A stretch of DNA of 32,000 bases from Mycolicibacterium smegmatis (GCF_001457595.1 NZ_LN831039.1:2070001-2102000); one strand, 5' to 3'; positions 1 to 9,775 are shown, counted from the stretch's first letter. Numbers and translations: made by a program. Notes: generated from the sequence alone by a model not told the origin.

Positions 1-518
1 TCGCGGGCGACCAGCAACTCGGGGCTCGCGCCCACCAGCACGGTACCGGTGTGCGGATCGCCTGCCGGGCTCAGATCCGCCAGGTACACCGTGGCCGCCG
101 GGTCCGCGTCGGCGAGTCGGCGCAGCACCGTGCGGGGATCCCACGGGGCTTCGGCGGTCAACCGCAGTGCGCGGGCCAGCACGACCTTGTCCAGCGGCGT
201 GTCCGCGTCGCGCAACCGGCGCACCGCTTCGGCCACCCGCTCGCGGTGCACATCACCCGACGGCAGCGTCTCGCGCGTACGCAGCACCGGTGGAGTGCCC
301 GTCGGCCAGTCGGGCAGCGCGCCGGCGACCCGCGCAGAAGCCGGGGCGTGCAGCGCCGCGGGCCCGGTCAGGTCGAACGGCAGCGCCCCGACGACGAGGT
401 CCGCCGCGCCCGACGTCAGGGCCGCCCTGGCGCCGGCGATCGTGGCGAAGCCTGTCTGCACGCCCTCGCCGATCAGCACACCAGACGGGCCCGCGAAGAC
501 GAACGACGGCGCGCTCAC
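1..518 (-). CDS. entC: isochorismate synthase family protein, N-terminal part (continues beyond window edge)
   Basis: Own minus-strand translation from GTG at 518 gives VSAPSFVFAGPSGVLIGEGVQTGFATIAGARAALTSGAADLVVGALPFDL...TVLVGASPELLVAR, open to position 1. GALPFD and SPELLV are typical of chorismate-utilising MenF/EntC enzymes. The GTG overlaps the stop of the upstream gene (GTGA, 515-518). The position matches Rv3215 beside Rv3214. Confidence 0.6.
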   Translation of the reverse strand, partial: MSAPSFVFAGPSGVLIGEGVQTGFATIAGARAALTSGAADLVVGALPFDLTGPAALHAPASARVAGALPDWPTGTPPVLRTRETLPSGDVHRERVAEAVRRLRDADTPLDKVVLARALRLTAEAPWDPRTVLRRLADADPAATVYLADLSPAGDPHTGTVLVGASPELLVAR

Positions 519-1126
519 TGGGGCAGACACGGGTTGGGGTGGCCGGTCAGGCCAAGAGCCGAGATCTGGCGCACGCCGTGCTCGAACCCGCACACGCCGA
601 TCGATGCGGGCACCATGGATATCCGGATGCCATGTGTCACAGGCAGTTCCACCCAGCGGGCCAGGACGGCGCGGGAGAAGTGCCCGTGCCCGACGAACAC
701 CACGTCACGGTCTTCGAGGTACTCCAGTGCCAGCGCCACGGCCCGGTCGGCACGCTCGCCCACCTCCTCGACACTCTCGCCGCCCGGGCAGCCGTGCTTC
801 CACACCAGCCAGTCCGGCTCGGTTTCCCGGATCTGCGCCGTGGTGAGGCCCTCGTAGTTGCCGTAGTCCCACTCCGCGAGCAACGGAAGCTCTTCGGCGA
901 CGGTCAGACCGGCCAGTTCGGCGGTGACCAGGGCCCGGCGGCGCGGGCTGCTGAACACCAGCGGGTCGCGCAACTGCAGTTCGGCGAGCGGTTCGGCGGC
1001 CAGCTTGGCCTGCTCACGGCCGGCCTCGGTGAGATCGAGGTCGGTGCGGCCGGTGTGCCTGCCGCTGGCCGACCATTCGGTCTCGCCGTGCCGGAGCAAC
1101 AAAAGGCGGTGCTGCTGGACGCTCAC
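515..1126 (-). CDS. gpm2: histidine phosphatase (phosphoglycerate-mutase-like) family protein
   Basis: ORF 515..1210 contains the catalytic RHGETEW motif and a later GHGHF histidine. I prefer GTG at 1126 (VSVQQHRLLLLRHGE), which gives 203 aa, the size I recall for Rv3214. The longer ATG at 1210 would overlap the divergent parA-like start region. Confidence 0.8.
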   Translation of the reverse strand: MSVQQHRLLLLRHGETEWSASGRHTGRTDLDLTEAGREQAKLAAEPLAELQLRDPLVFSSPRRRALVTAELAGLTVAEELPLLAEWDYGNYEGLTTAQIRETEPDWLVWKHGCPGGESVEEVGERADRAVALALEYLEDRDVVFVGHGHFSRAVLARWVELPVTHGIRISMVPASIGVCGFEHGVRQISALGLTGHPNPCLPQ

Positions 1127-1184
1127 ACCGGCGATTCTGCCCCACGGCGGGCCAAGGTCGCCCAGAGCGTGCTTGGATGGGGCT

Positions 1185-1982
1185 GTGACGCGAGTATTAG
1201 CGGTCGCCAATCAAAAGGGTGGGGTAGCCAAGACGACGACTGTGGCGTCCATCGGCGCGGCGCTCACCGAGCAGGGGCGCCGGGTGCTGCTCGTCGACCT
1301 GGACCCGCAGGGCTGTCTGACGTTCTCGCTGGGCCACGATCCCGACAAGCTGCCCGTGTCGGTACACGAGGTGCTGCTCGGCGACGTCGAGCCCAGTGCC
1401 GCGCTGGTCCGCACCGACGAGGGGATGACGCTGCTGCCGGCCAACATCGATCTGGCCGGCGCCGAGGCCATGCTCTTGATGCGGGCCGGGAGGGAGTATG
1501 CGCTCAAGCGCGCGCTGGCCAAACTCGATGGCGACTTCGACGTCGTGATCATCGACTGCCCGCCCTCGCTGGGTGTGCTCACGCTCAACGGGCTCACCGC
1601 AGCGCACGACGTGATCGTGCCGCTGCAGTGCGAGACACTGGCCCACCGCGGTGTCGGCCAGTTCCTGCGCACCATCTCCGACGTGCAGCAGATCACCAAC
1701 CCGGACCTGAAACTGCTGGGGGCGCTGCCCACGCTGTACGACTCACGCACCACGCACAGCCGCGACGTGTTGCTCGATGTCGCCGACCGCTACGAGCTTC
1801 CCGTGCTGGCGCCGCCGATTCCGCGCACGGTGCGGTTCGCCGAGGCCAGTGCGTCGGGATCCTCGGTGCTTGCCGGGCGCAAGAGCAAAGGCGCCATCGC
1901 CTATCGCGAGTTCGCCGACGCGCTGCTGCGGCACTGGAAGTCCGGCAGGAAGATGCCCACGTTCACCCCAGAGGTCGTGTAA
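1185..1982 (+). CDS. ParA/Soj-like ATPase (orphan, no parB or parS seen)
   Basis: Deviant Walker A motif in VLAVANQKGGVAKTTT, followed by LLVDLDPQG and VVIIDCPPSLG. GTG at 1185 is in frame with ORF 924..1982 and gives 265 aa (Rv3213c-like). The upstream part of the track ORF is Arg/Ser-rich off-frame material. Confidence 0.85.
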   Translation: MTRVLAVANQKGGVAKTTTVASIGAALTEQGRRVLLVDLDPQGCLTFSLGHDPDKLPVSVHEVLLGDVEPSAALVRTDEGMTLLPANIDLAGAEAMLLMRAGREYALKRALAKLDGDFDVVIIDCPPSLGVLTLNGLTAAHDVIVPLQCETLAHRGVGQFLRTISDVQQITNPDLKLLGALPTLYDSRTTHSRDVLLDVADRYELPVLAPPIPRTVRFAEASASGSSVLAGRKSKGAIAYREFADALLRHWKSGRKMPTFTPEVV

Positions 1983-1996
1983 GGGCTCGGATTTCC

Positions 1997-2698
1997 ATGG
2001 CATCGGTGTTGAGTGCGGCCACGGCCACCGACCAAGGGCCGGTGCGTGAGAACAACCAGGACGCGTGCCTGGCCGACGGCATCCTCTACGCCGTGGCCGA
2101 CGGCTTCGGCGCGCGTGGTCACCATGCGAGCGCGACGGCGCTAAAGACACTGTCCGCCGGATTCGCCGCGGCACCTGACCGCGACGGCCTGCTGGAGGCG
2201 GTCCAGCAGGCCAATCTCCGGGTTTTCGAACTGCTCGGCGACGAGCCCACGGTGTCGGGCACCACGCTCACCGCGGTGGCCGTCTTCGAAACCGGGCAGG
2301 GTGGGCCGCTCGTGGTCAACATCGGTGACTCGCCGCTGTACCGGATCCGTGACGGCCACATGGAGCAGCTGACCGACGATCACAGCGTCGCCGGTGAACT
2401 GGTCCGGATGGGGGAGATCACGCGCCACGAGGCCAGGTGGCACCCGCAGCGGCACCTGCTGACGCGTGCGCTCGGGATCGGCCCGCACATCGGCCCCGAC
2501 GTGTTCGGCATCGACTGCGGGCCCGGGGACCGGCTGCTCATCAGCAGCGACGGGCTGTTCGCCGCGGCGGACGAGGCGCTGATCGTCGATGCCGCGACGT
2601 CGCCCGATCCGCAGGTCGCGGTGCGCCGGCTCGTCGAGGTCGCCAACGACGCCGGCGGCAGCGACAACACCACCGTCGTCGTCATCGACCTCGGCTGA
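1997..2698 (+). CDS. PP2C-family Ser/Thr protein phosphatase
   Basis: This is the C-terminal 233 aa of track ORF 167..2698, starting at ATG 1997, 14 nt after the parA-like stop. Motifs: YAVADGFGARGHH, LLISSDGL, GGSDNTTVVVIDL. The first 610 codons of the track ORF are an artefact overlapping real genes. Confidence 0.85.
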   Translation: MASVLSAATATDQGPVRENNQDACLADGILYAVADGFGARGHHASATALKTLSAGFAAAPDRDGLLEAVQQANLRVFELLGDEPTVSGTTLTAVAVFETGQGGPLVVNIGDSPLYRIRDGHMEQLTDDHSVAGELVRMGEITRHEARWHPQRHLLTRALGIGPHIGPDVFGIDCGPGDRLLISSDGLFAAADEALIVDAATSPDPQVAVRRLVEVANDAGGSDNTTVVVIDLG

Positions 2699-2709
2699 CG
2701 CGTGAAAAC

Positions 2710-3927
2710 CTAAGCGGCGCCGAGGGCCACGAGTTCGGTGCCGCGTTGTTCGAGCACGATCGACCCGGCCACGGCGGGCACGACCGGTGACACGCTCGGG
2801 GTGCGGGGCAGCGAGATGTGCCGGTCGCCGGTGCCGGTCTCCGGATCGAACACGTCGTAGCCGTCGTCGACGGGCACCAGCAGTTTTCCCGCCATCGCGG
2901 TCGCGGGCCCGACGGGCGCGTGCGGTCCGGCCGGGCTGACCGTGTACTTGTAGCGCAGTCCGGCGGCGTCGAACACCATCACCGAGTCGCCGGTCCACCA
3001 CGTGACGAGGTCACCGGCGCGTGTCGTGGTCGATTGCGGCGCAGCGGGTTTGGGCAGAATCGTGCTGGCCACCGTCGCGCCGGTCTCGTCGATGACGTCG
3101 ACCTTGGGTTCCGGGGTGGGCACGTAGATCGCGGTCGTGGTGTCCGACACCGCGATCACCTGCGCGCCGGATTCGTCGGTGACGCCGGGCAATTCGACGT
3201 ACCGCAGATCCGGGGTGTCCTCCTCGTCGGCGGGCCGCAGCAGCGTCAGCCGGACCTCGTCGGTCTTGGGGCAGGACTCGATCACCGACACCGCCGACGA
3301 ACTCGCCGCGGCCGACAGCTGCCTGCACACCGGCGACGCCGGGACGTCGGGTTTGATCCTGGCGTCGAGCGCGCCGTAGCTGAGCATCCGGACCATGTCC
3401 GAGCGCCACAGCTCGAGGCGACTGTCCCCGCCGGACAGCACGGTCACGCCGTCGGTGGAGAGCTTGACCTCGGGATCGGCGAAGGCCGTGCGGGCCGGGC
3501 CACGCATGCCGGTCCTGCCGTCGATCGTGCTGACCTGACCGCAGCCGCGCACGTCGGGGTAGACCGCGACGGCGTACGAGTAGACCGAGGTGACGCCACA
3601 CAGGTCGGCGTCGCGGGCATAGGTCCACAGCACCGCGCCGCTGATGGGGTCGCGACCGTCGACCGTGCGCCCGTCGCCGGTCACCACCGCGCCGCCTGCC
3701 ACGACCGGCGCCGTGGTCTTGGGGCTCGGGGCCGTCCACATCTCGTGCAGGCCCGCGGGTACCTCGGCGGCGGGGGTCAGGTAGGGGACCGGTGCCGCGG
3801 CGGGACGACTCAGCGTCGCCCGCGCGTCACTGGTCCACCAGATGAGGCCGGCCGCGACGGCGACGACCACGACGATCACTGCGGCCGCGACGATGTCGCC
3901 GCGGGTGCGGCGCTCGGGTTTGACCAT
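2710..3927 (-). CDS. membrane-anchored Ala/Val-rich protein, probable PQQ-like beta-propeller (Rv3212-like)
   Basis: 405-aa ORF with an N-terminal TM helix (IVAAAVIVVVVAVAAGLIWW), then repetitive beta-rich segments with recurring G-x-V-x-A/D-G motifs. It starts 15 nt downstream of the helicase gene stop on the same strand. Confidence 0.65.
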   Translation of the reverse strand: MVKPERRTRGDIVAAAVIVVVVAVAAGLIWWTSDARATLSRPAAAPVPYLTPAAEVPAGLHEMWTAPSPKTTAPVVAGGAVVTGDGRTVDGRDPISGAVLWTYARDADLCGVTSVYSYAVAVYPDVRGCGQVSTIDGRTGMRGPARTAFADPEVKLSTDGVTVLSGGDSRLELWRSDMVRMLSYGALDARIKPDVPASPVCRQLSAAASSSAVSVIESCPKTDEVRLTLLRPADEEDTPDLRYVELPGVTDESGAQVIAVSDTTTAIYVPTPEPKVDVIDETGATVASTILPKPAAPQSTTTRAGDLVTWWTGDSVMVFDAAGLRYKYTVSPAGPHAPVGPATAMAGKLLVPVDDGYDVFDPETGTGDRHISLPRTPSVSPVVPAVAGSIVLEQRGTELVALGAA

Positions 3928-3942
3928 CGATTGGTGGTTCGG

Positions 3943-5451
3943 TCAGCCTGCGGTGGCTGCTTCGGTCTTGCGCGGGCGGCGACGACGGCGACGACGCGTG
4001 GTCTGCTCGCCGGCCTCGGACTCGCCGGCCGGTGCGGCCTCGGTGTCCTCAGGAGCGGCCGACGCCGACTCCGGATGCGCCTCGGGATGCGACTCGGGGT
4101 GACCGGTCAGCGGCTTGCCGCCACGGGTGCGCCGACGGGAACGGGTCCGGGTGCGGGCCGGGCGATCGGCCGAGGAGATGCGGTGCTCGTCCTCGTCGGA
4201 AGCTTTGGTGGCGCGCTTCGCGGGTTTCCCGACGGTGCCGGTCGCATCGGTGGGGATGTCGAGATCTTCGTAGAGGTGCGGCGAGCTCGAGTACGTCTCG
4301 GCCGGATCCGGGTTGCCCAGGTTGAGCGCCTTGTCGATCATCTCCCAGCGGGCCAGCTCGTCCCAGTCGACCAGCGTGATCGCGACGCCGGTCTTGCCTG
4401 CGCGGCCCGTGCGGCCGATGCGGTGCACGTAGGCCTGCTCGTCCTCGGGGCACTGGTAGTTGATGACATGCGTGACGTCGTCGATGTCGATGCCGCGCGC
4501 GGCCACATCGGTGGCCACCAGCACGTCGATCTCGCCGGTGCGGAACGACTTGAGGGCTTTCTCACGGGCGCCCTGGCCGAGGTCACCGTGTACGGCGCCG
4601 ACCTTGAAGCCGCGCTCGGCGAGCTCGTCGGACACCTTCTGCGCGGTGCGCTTGGTGCGCGTGAAGACCATGGTCGCGCCGCGGCCGCGGGCCTGCAGGA
4701 TCCGGCTCACCAGCTCGACCTTGTCCAGCGCGTGGGCGCGGTAGGCGTACTGCGCGGTGGTGTCGTGCGTGGCGGCCGAGTGCGGGGCCTCGGCGCGGAT
4801 GTGCGTCGGCTGGTTCATGAAGGTGCGAGCCAGCGTGATGATCGGGTCGGGCATGGTGGCCGAGAACAGCATCGCCTGGCGTGAGTCCGGGGTCAGCTGC
4901 AGGATGCGCTCGATATCGGGCAAGAAGCCCAGGTCGAGCATCTCGTCGGCCTCGTCGAGGACCAGCACCGAAAGCCCGCCCAGCTGCAGGTGGCCCTGCT
5001 GGGCCAGGTCGAGCAGACGGCCCGGGGTGCCGACGACGACGTCGACGCCCTTGCGCAGCGCCTCGATCTGGGGCTCGTAGGGACGTCCGCCGTAGATCGA
5101 CGTCACGGTGAACTTGCGGCCGTCGTTGGTGGGCAGGTGCTTGGCGGCGCCCGCCAGGTCGTTGTAGACCTGCAGGCAGAGCTCACGCGTGGGCACCACG
5201 ACCAGGGCGCGCGGCGCACCGGTCAGTGGGCGGTTCTCATCCGAGGAGACCCGGTGCAGCAGCGGCACGCCGAAGGCGTAGGTCTTGCCCATGCCGGTGC
5301 GGGCCTGGCCGATGAGATCGTCGCCTGCCAGCGCCAGGGGAAGGGTGAGTTCTTGAATGGCAAAGGGGTGCTCAATGCCGTTCTCTGCGAGTGCGCGGAC
5401 GATTTCGTCACGAACGCCGAGTTCGGCAAACGAGTGATTGAGTTGCGTCAT
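3943..5451 (-). CDS. rhlE: DEAD-box ATP-dependent RNA helicase with basic Arg-rich C-terminal tail
   Basis: Q motif region FAELGV...PFAIQ, Walker A AQARTGMGKT, DEAD box VLDEAD, then SAT, HGDL, ARGIDI and HRIGRTGRAG. Start taken at ATG 5451 (MTQLNHSFAELG). The 82 codons upstream in the track ORF look non-coding. Confidence 0.9.
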   Translation of the reverse strand: MTQLNHSFAELGVRDEIVRALAENGIEHPFAIQELTLPLALAGDDLIGQARTGMGKTYAFGVPLLHRVSSDENRPLTGAPRALVVVPTRELCLQVYNDLAGAAKHLPTNDGRKFTVTSIYGGRPYEPQIEALRKGVDVVVGTPGRLLDLAQQGHLQLGGLSVLVLDEADEMLDLGFLPDIERILQLTPDSRQAMLFSATMPDPIITLARTFMNQPTHIRAEAPHSAATHDTTAQYAYRAHALDKVELVSRILQARGRGATMVFTRTKRTAQKVSDELAERGFKVGAVHGDLGQGAREKALKSFRTGEIDVLVATDVAARGIDIDDVTHVINYQCPEDEQAYVHRIGRTGRAGKTGVAITLVDWDELARWEMIDKALNLGNPDPAETYSSSPHLYEDLDIPTDATGTVGKPAKRATKASDEDEHRISSADRPARTRTRSRRRTRGGKPLTGHPESHPEAHPESASAAPEDTEAAPAGESEAGEQTTRRRRRRRPRKTEAATAG

Positions 5452-5756
5452 ATGCGGAGGAGATAGCCTTTCACTGTCAAACCTCATGGGGCATCCAGCG
5501 CACACGAGTTTCGACTGTGAAACGGTCGGGTTCGCCCGGTAAAGCGGCGCTGCCGATCCGTGGGCCCAGCGCTTGGGGCGGGCCAACTGCGTGCACGCAC
5601 ATTTCCTGGTAGCGGTTTCGGGCGGCTCACCAGGCACACATATTGCACTCAGCGGTCGGCTCGAAGCCGTTACCACAAGCCATTGTAGCTGGTCCACCTG
5701 ATAACCACGATTTGCCGTGCGGGTGGCCTCCTGATTCGGCGTCTACAGTTGGCCCC

Positions 5757-6455
5757 ATGAATGCGCCTCAGCCCGCCGCCGAAGGGATTGCCGACCCGGT
5801 CGCCTCAGGCGTGACCGCCGATCATCCCGGGGTCAACGAGTTGTTTGCGGTGCTCGCCTATGGCGAGGTCGCCGCGTTCTACCGGCTCACCGACGAAGCG
5901 CGGATGGCACCGAATCTGCGCGGCCGGATCAACATGGCCAGCATGGCCGCCGCCGAGATGGGCCATTTCGAGCTGCTGCGAGATGCGTTGCAGCACAGGG
6001 GAGTCGACGTCGCCGATGCGATGACCAAGTACGCGCCCGCGCTCGACAACTATCACCGGATGACCACCCCCAGCACATGGCTGGAGGCGTTGGTGAAGAC
6101 CTATATCGGCGACGCGCTGGCCGCGGACTTCTATCTGGAGATCTCGCACGCGCTGCCCGAGGAGGTCGCCTCGGTGGTGCGCGCCGTGCTGTCGGAGACC
6201 GAACACTCGCAGTTCGTCGTCGCCGAGGTCCACGCCGCGGTGACCGCCAGCGACCGCCAGCGCCACCGGCTGGCGCTGTGGGCGCGTCGCCTGCTCGGTG
6301 AGGCCGTCACGCAGGCCCAGTACGTGCTGGCCGATCACGACGAGCTGGCCGACCTCGTGATCTCCAGTGGTGAAGGTCTCACGCAGCTGGCCGAGTTCTT
6401 CGGCCGGCTGCAGGAGACCCACCAGCGCCGCATGCAGGAACTCGGCCTGGCCTGA
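5757..6455 (+). CDS. ferritin-like di-iron carboxylate protein (Rv3210c-like, MiaE-like fold)
   Basis: Start at ATG 5757 (MNAPQPAAEG) gives 232 aa. Two E-x-x-H motifs (AEMGHFE, SETEHSQ) lie in helical Ala/Leu-rich sequence. Synteny with Rv3210c. Confidence 0.65.
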   Translation: MNAPQPAAEGIADPVASGVTADHPGVNELFAVLAYGEVAAFYRLTDEARMAPNLRGRINMASMAAAEMGHFELLRDALQHRGVDVADAMTKYAPALDNYHRMTTPSTWLEALVKTYIGDALAADFYLEISHALPEEVASVVRAVLSETEHSQFVVAEVHAAVTASDRQRHRLALWARRLLGEAVTQAQYVLADHDELADLVISSGEGLTQLAEFFGRLQETHQRRMQELGLA

Positions 6456-6461
6456 CCGGAG

Positions 6462-7313
6462 CTACTGCGTGCAGGTCGCGATCATCGTGTTGTTGGCCTG
6501 GTTCACCAGGACGTTGCCCGCCGCGTCGGTGATCGAGCAGTTGAGCTGACCCGCGACGCTGGTCGCGGTCACCGACTTGAGCTCGACACCCGGATCCAGC
6601 ACGACGGTCTTGGTCCACGGCAGTGCGACGTTGATGTCGGTCTGCAGCGCGCCGCGCTCGTCGGTGTAGACGATCGTCACCAGGTCGATGAGCTGGCGGT
6701 TGCCGGTCACCGTGTAGGTCACCGCCCGGGGATTGACGGCAGGCGGCGGCGCGGCCTCGGCCGGGGGCGCGACGGGTGCGGGCTCGGCCGTGGCTGCCGG
6801 TGCTGTCGGCGACGGGGTGACCGTGGTGACGGTCTCGGGCGACAGTGACGGTGCCACCGGCGGCACCGGGCGCGGTGTCGACGACGCGTCCTGCGGCGCG
6901 GTGGTGGCCGGCTGGCTGGTCTGCGTCGGGTCGGCGACGGTGGCCGACACCGACCCGCTGTCGCCTCCCCCGAGGATCACCACGGTGCAGATGACCGCGA
7001 CCAGCAGGATCGCGCCCGCCACCCCGGCGACCCAGATCCAGCGGCGGTCGAGGGGCTCTTCGTAGAACTCGATGTCGGGGTCGTCATAGCCGTCGTCGAA
7101 ACCACCGTTGCCGCCCTCGGCGCGCACGTAGTCGTCGTAGTCCTGATAGTCACCGGCGTACGCCCCGCGGCCGTAACCGGACCCGTACCCGTACCCCTGG
7201 CTGCCGTGGTAGCTGCCGGGCTCGGGTGCGTGATCCCCGTGGCGGTTGGTCGTTGCGGTGTCATACGGCGAATAAGGCCTGGTCATTGCGGCTATCCCAG
7301 TCGTCTCGTCCAA
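6462..7313 (-). CDS. single-pass membrane protein with a Tyr/Gly/Asp-rich N-terminus, Pro/Thr linker and MmpS-like C-terminal domain (Rv3209-like)
   Basis: TM helix WIWVAGVAGAILLVAVICTVVIL, a Pro/Thr/Ala-rich linker, and a C-terminal beta domain with two Cys (VTYTVTG...QLNCSITD...ATCTQ). The start could instead be ATG 7286 (MTRPYSPYD). Confidence 0.65.
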   Translation of the reverse strand: MDETTGIAAMTRPYSPYDTATTNRHGDHAPEPGSYHGSQGYGYGSGYGRGAYAGDYQDYDDYVRAEGGNGGFDDGYDDPDIEFYEEPLDRRWIWVAGVAGAILLVAVICTVVILGGGDSGSVSATVADPTQTSQPATTAPQDASSTPRPVPPVAPSLSPETVTTVTPSPTAPAATAEPAPVAPPAEAAPPPAVNPRAVTYTVTGNRQLIDLVTIVYTDERGALQTDINVALPWTKTVVLDPGVELKSVTATSVAGQLNCSITDAAGNVLVNQANNTMIATCTQ

Positions 7314-7587
7314 TGTCGCTGCCGATGCTACTGAGGCTGATGTGGCGTATGAGGTTCACAGGCGCGCGTGTTGGTCACGGTCCGGCTTCGGTTCGGTCGC
7401 ATAGATATCGGCGCGATATCGGCCACGGAACGGGGCGCGATCGCGTGGCCGTGGCCGCGCCGCGGGACGGCTTCGCTGAGCGCGAACCCGACGGGCCGAC
7501 GCCAGGGCGCACGGGGGTCCCCGCGTCCACTAGCCTGCTGAAGGAAACGGACACGCAGTCCAAGCAGAGATAGAGAAGGGGTCCAGC

Positions 7588-7827
7588 GTGGAGGTCAAGA
7601 TCGGTGTCACGGACAGCCCGCGTGAGCTGACCTTCAACAGCGCGCAGTCGCCGACCGAGGTGGAGCAGCAGTTCACCGACGCCTTGAGCTCGGGAACCGG
7701 TGTGCTCGCGCTGACCGACGAGAAGGGCCGTCGCTTCCTGGTGCAGACCGCCAAGATCGCCTACGTCGAGATCGGTGCCGCCGACGTGCGCCGGGTCGGC
7801 TTCGGTGTGACGGTGGAATCCGCCTGA
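7588..7827 (+). CDS. DUF3107-family small protein (TB9.4 / Rv3208A-like)
   Basis: 79 aa beginning (GTG)EVKIGVTDSPRELTF...AKIAYVEIG, with a GAGAAGGGG Shine-Dalgarno sequence about 7 nt upstream. Conserved position between the Rv3209-like and TetR genes. Confidence 0.75.
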   Translation: MEVKIGVTDSPRELTFNSAQSPTEVEQQFTDALSSGTGVLALTDEKGRRFLVQTAKIAYVEIGAADVRRVGFGVTVESA

Positions 7828-7835
7828 GGGCAGCT

Positions 7836-8549
<714 letters not shown>

Positions 8550-8740
8550 TCATCGGGACGACATTACTACCGTTGACCGTCAGCGTGCGAAACGTGCCCA
8601 CAGGGTTCTCCATGGTGCGGCGGGTTCGCCGAGCCGCCTTCCGGGCCGGCCCCCGGGTCATGTTTCGAAATGACACCGGCGCGGTCACAGAGCGGGCGCG
8701 CGGGCGCTGGTCACACAGTCGGCTGTGCCATCCTGGTTCG

Positions 8741-9775
8741 GTGACCTACGACCCGGGACGTCGCGGGGGTGGTTATGTCCCGGCGCTGCGCGATGAATGG
8801 CGCGAGCCGTTGCGCGCACAACGCGATCCGGTCGCGGTCGATTCGGGCCGCGTGCGATCCAATCGGGACGACCATCAGCGCTGGCGCAAACAGACCTGGC
8901 TCGGGCGGTTCGTCTCCACCTACGGCTGGCGGGCCTACGCCCTGCCGGTGCTGATCGTGCTCACCGTGGTGGTCGTCTACCAGACCGTCACCGGCACGGC
9001 GGCTCCTCCGCAGGCGGCCGAGGCCGAGGGCCCCGTGCAGGGACCGCCGACCCTCGACGTCGGCACCGCGATCGTGGGCGCCCCGCCGAAGGGCCTCACA
9101 CAGTTCGACGCCAACCTGCCCACCGGCATCCTGCCCGCGGGCGGAGCGTTCACCGAGGCCGGCGCCAAGACGTGGCACATCGTGCCCGGCACCACCCCCA
9201 AGATCGGCGCGGGGGAGACCAAGTCGTTCACCTACACCATCGAGGTCGAGGACGGCCTGGACACCACGCCGTTCGGCGGTGACGACGGGTTCGCCCGCAT
9301 GGTCGACGAAACGCTCGCCAACCCCAAGAGTTGGACACACAACGGTCTGTTCGCGTTCACCCGCGTCGACGCGAGCAGCGGTGTCGAACCCGACTTCCGG
9401 ATCTCGCTCACCTCGCCGATGACCGTGCGCGAGGGCTGTGGCTACGACATCCCACTGGAGGCGTCCTGCTACAACCCGTCCTACAACGGCAGCGATGCCA
9501 GGGTCTTCATCAACGAGGCGCGCTGGGTGCGCGGCGCCGTGCCGTTCCAGGGCGACATCGGCTCGTACCGGCAATACGTGATCAACCACGAGGTCGGCCA
9601 CGCCATCGGTTACCAGCGCCACGAGGCGTGCCCCGGCAACGGCGATCTGGCGCCGATCATGATGCAGCAGACGTTCTCCACGTCCAACGACGACGCGGCC
9701 AAGTTCGACCCCGAGACCGTCCAGGGCGACGGCCTGACGTGCCGCTTCAACCCTTGGCCGTATCCCATCGCCTGA
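8741..9775 (+). CDS. DUF3152-family putative zinc metallopeptidase with an N-terminal TM anchor (Rv3207c-like)
   Basis: HExxH motif in VINHEVGHAIGYQRHE, and TM helix WRAYALPVLIVLTVVVVY. The start is uncertain: GTG 8741 is preferred, in-frame alternatives are 8612 and 8513. Divergent from the TetR gene. Confidence 0.65.
   Translation: MTYDPGRRGGGYVPALRDEWREPLRAQRDPVAVDSGRVRSNRDDHQRWRKQTWLGRFVSTYGWRAYALPVLIVLTVVVVYQTVTGTAAPPQAAEAEGPVQGPPTLDVGTAIVGAPPKGLTQFDANLPTGILPAGGAFTEAGAKTWHIVPGTTPKIGAGETKSFTYTIEVEDGLDTTPFGGDDGFARMVDETLANPKSWTHNGLFAFTRVDASSGVEPDFRISLTSPMTVREGCGYDIPLEASCYNPSYNGSDARVFINEARWVRGAVPFQGDIGSYRQYVINHEVGHAIGYQRHEACPGNGDLAPIMMQQTFSTSNDDAAKFDPETVQGDGLTCRFNPWPYPIA

Noticed and set aside
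167-1996. The N-terminal 610 codons of track ORF 167..2698, and likewise the first 304 codons of ORF 12359..16408.
   Set aside because: Only the C-terminal parts have real domain signatures (PP2C from 1997, AdnA from 13271). The upstream parts overlap well-supported genes and have junk composition.
5411-5426. LexA SOS-box-like CGAACGCCGAGTTCGG, and a similar GAAC...GTTC at 22086-22100.
   Set aside because: The half-site spacing is 5 and 7 nt rather than the 4 nt of the mycobacterial GAAC-N4-GTTC box, and both lie inside coding sequence.
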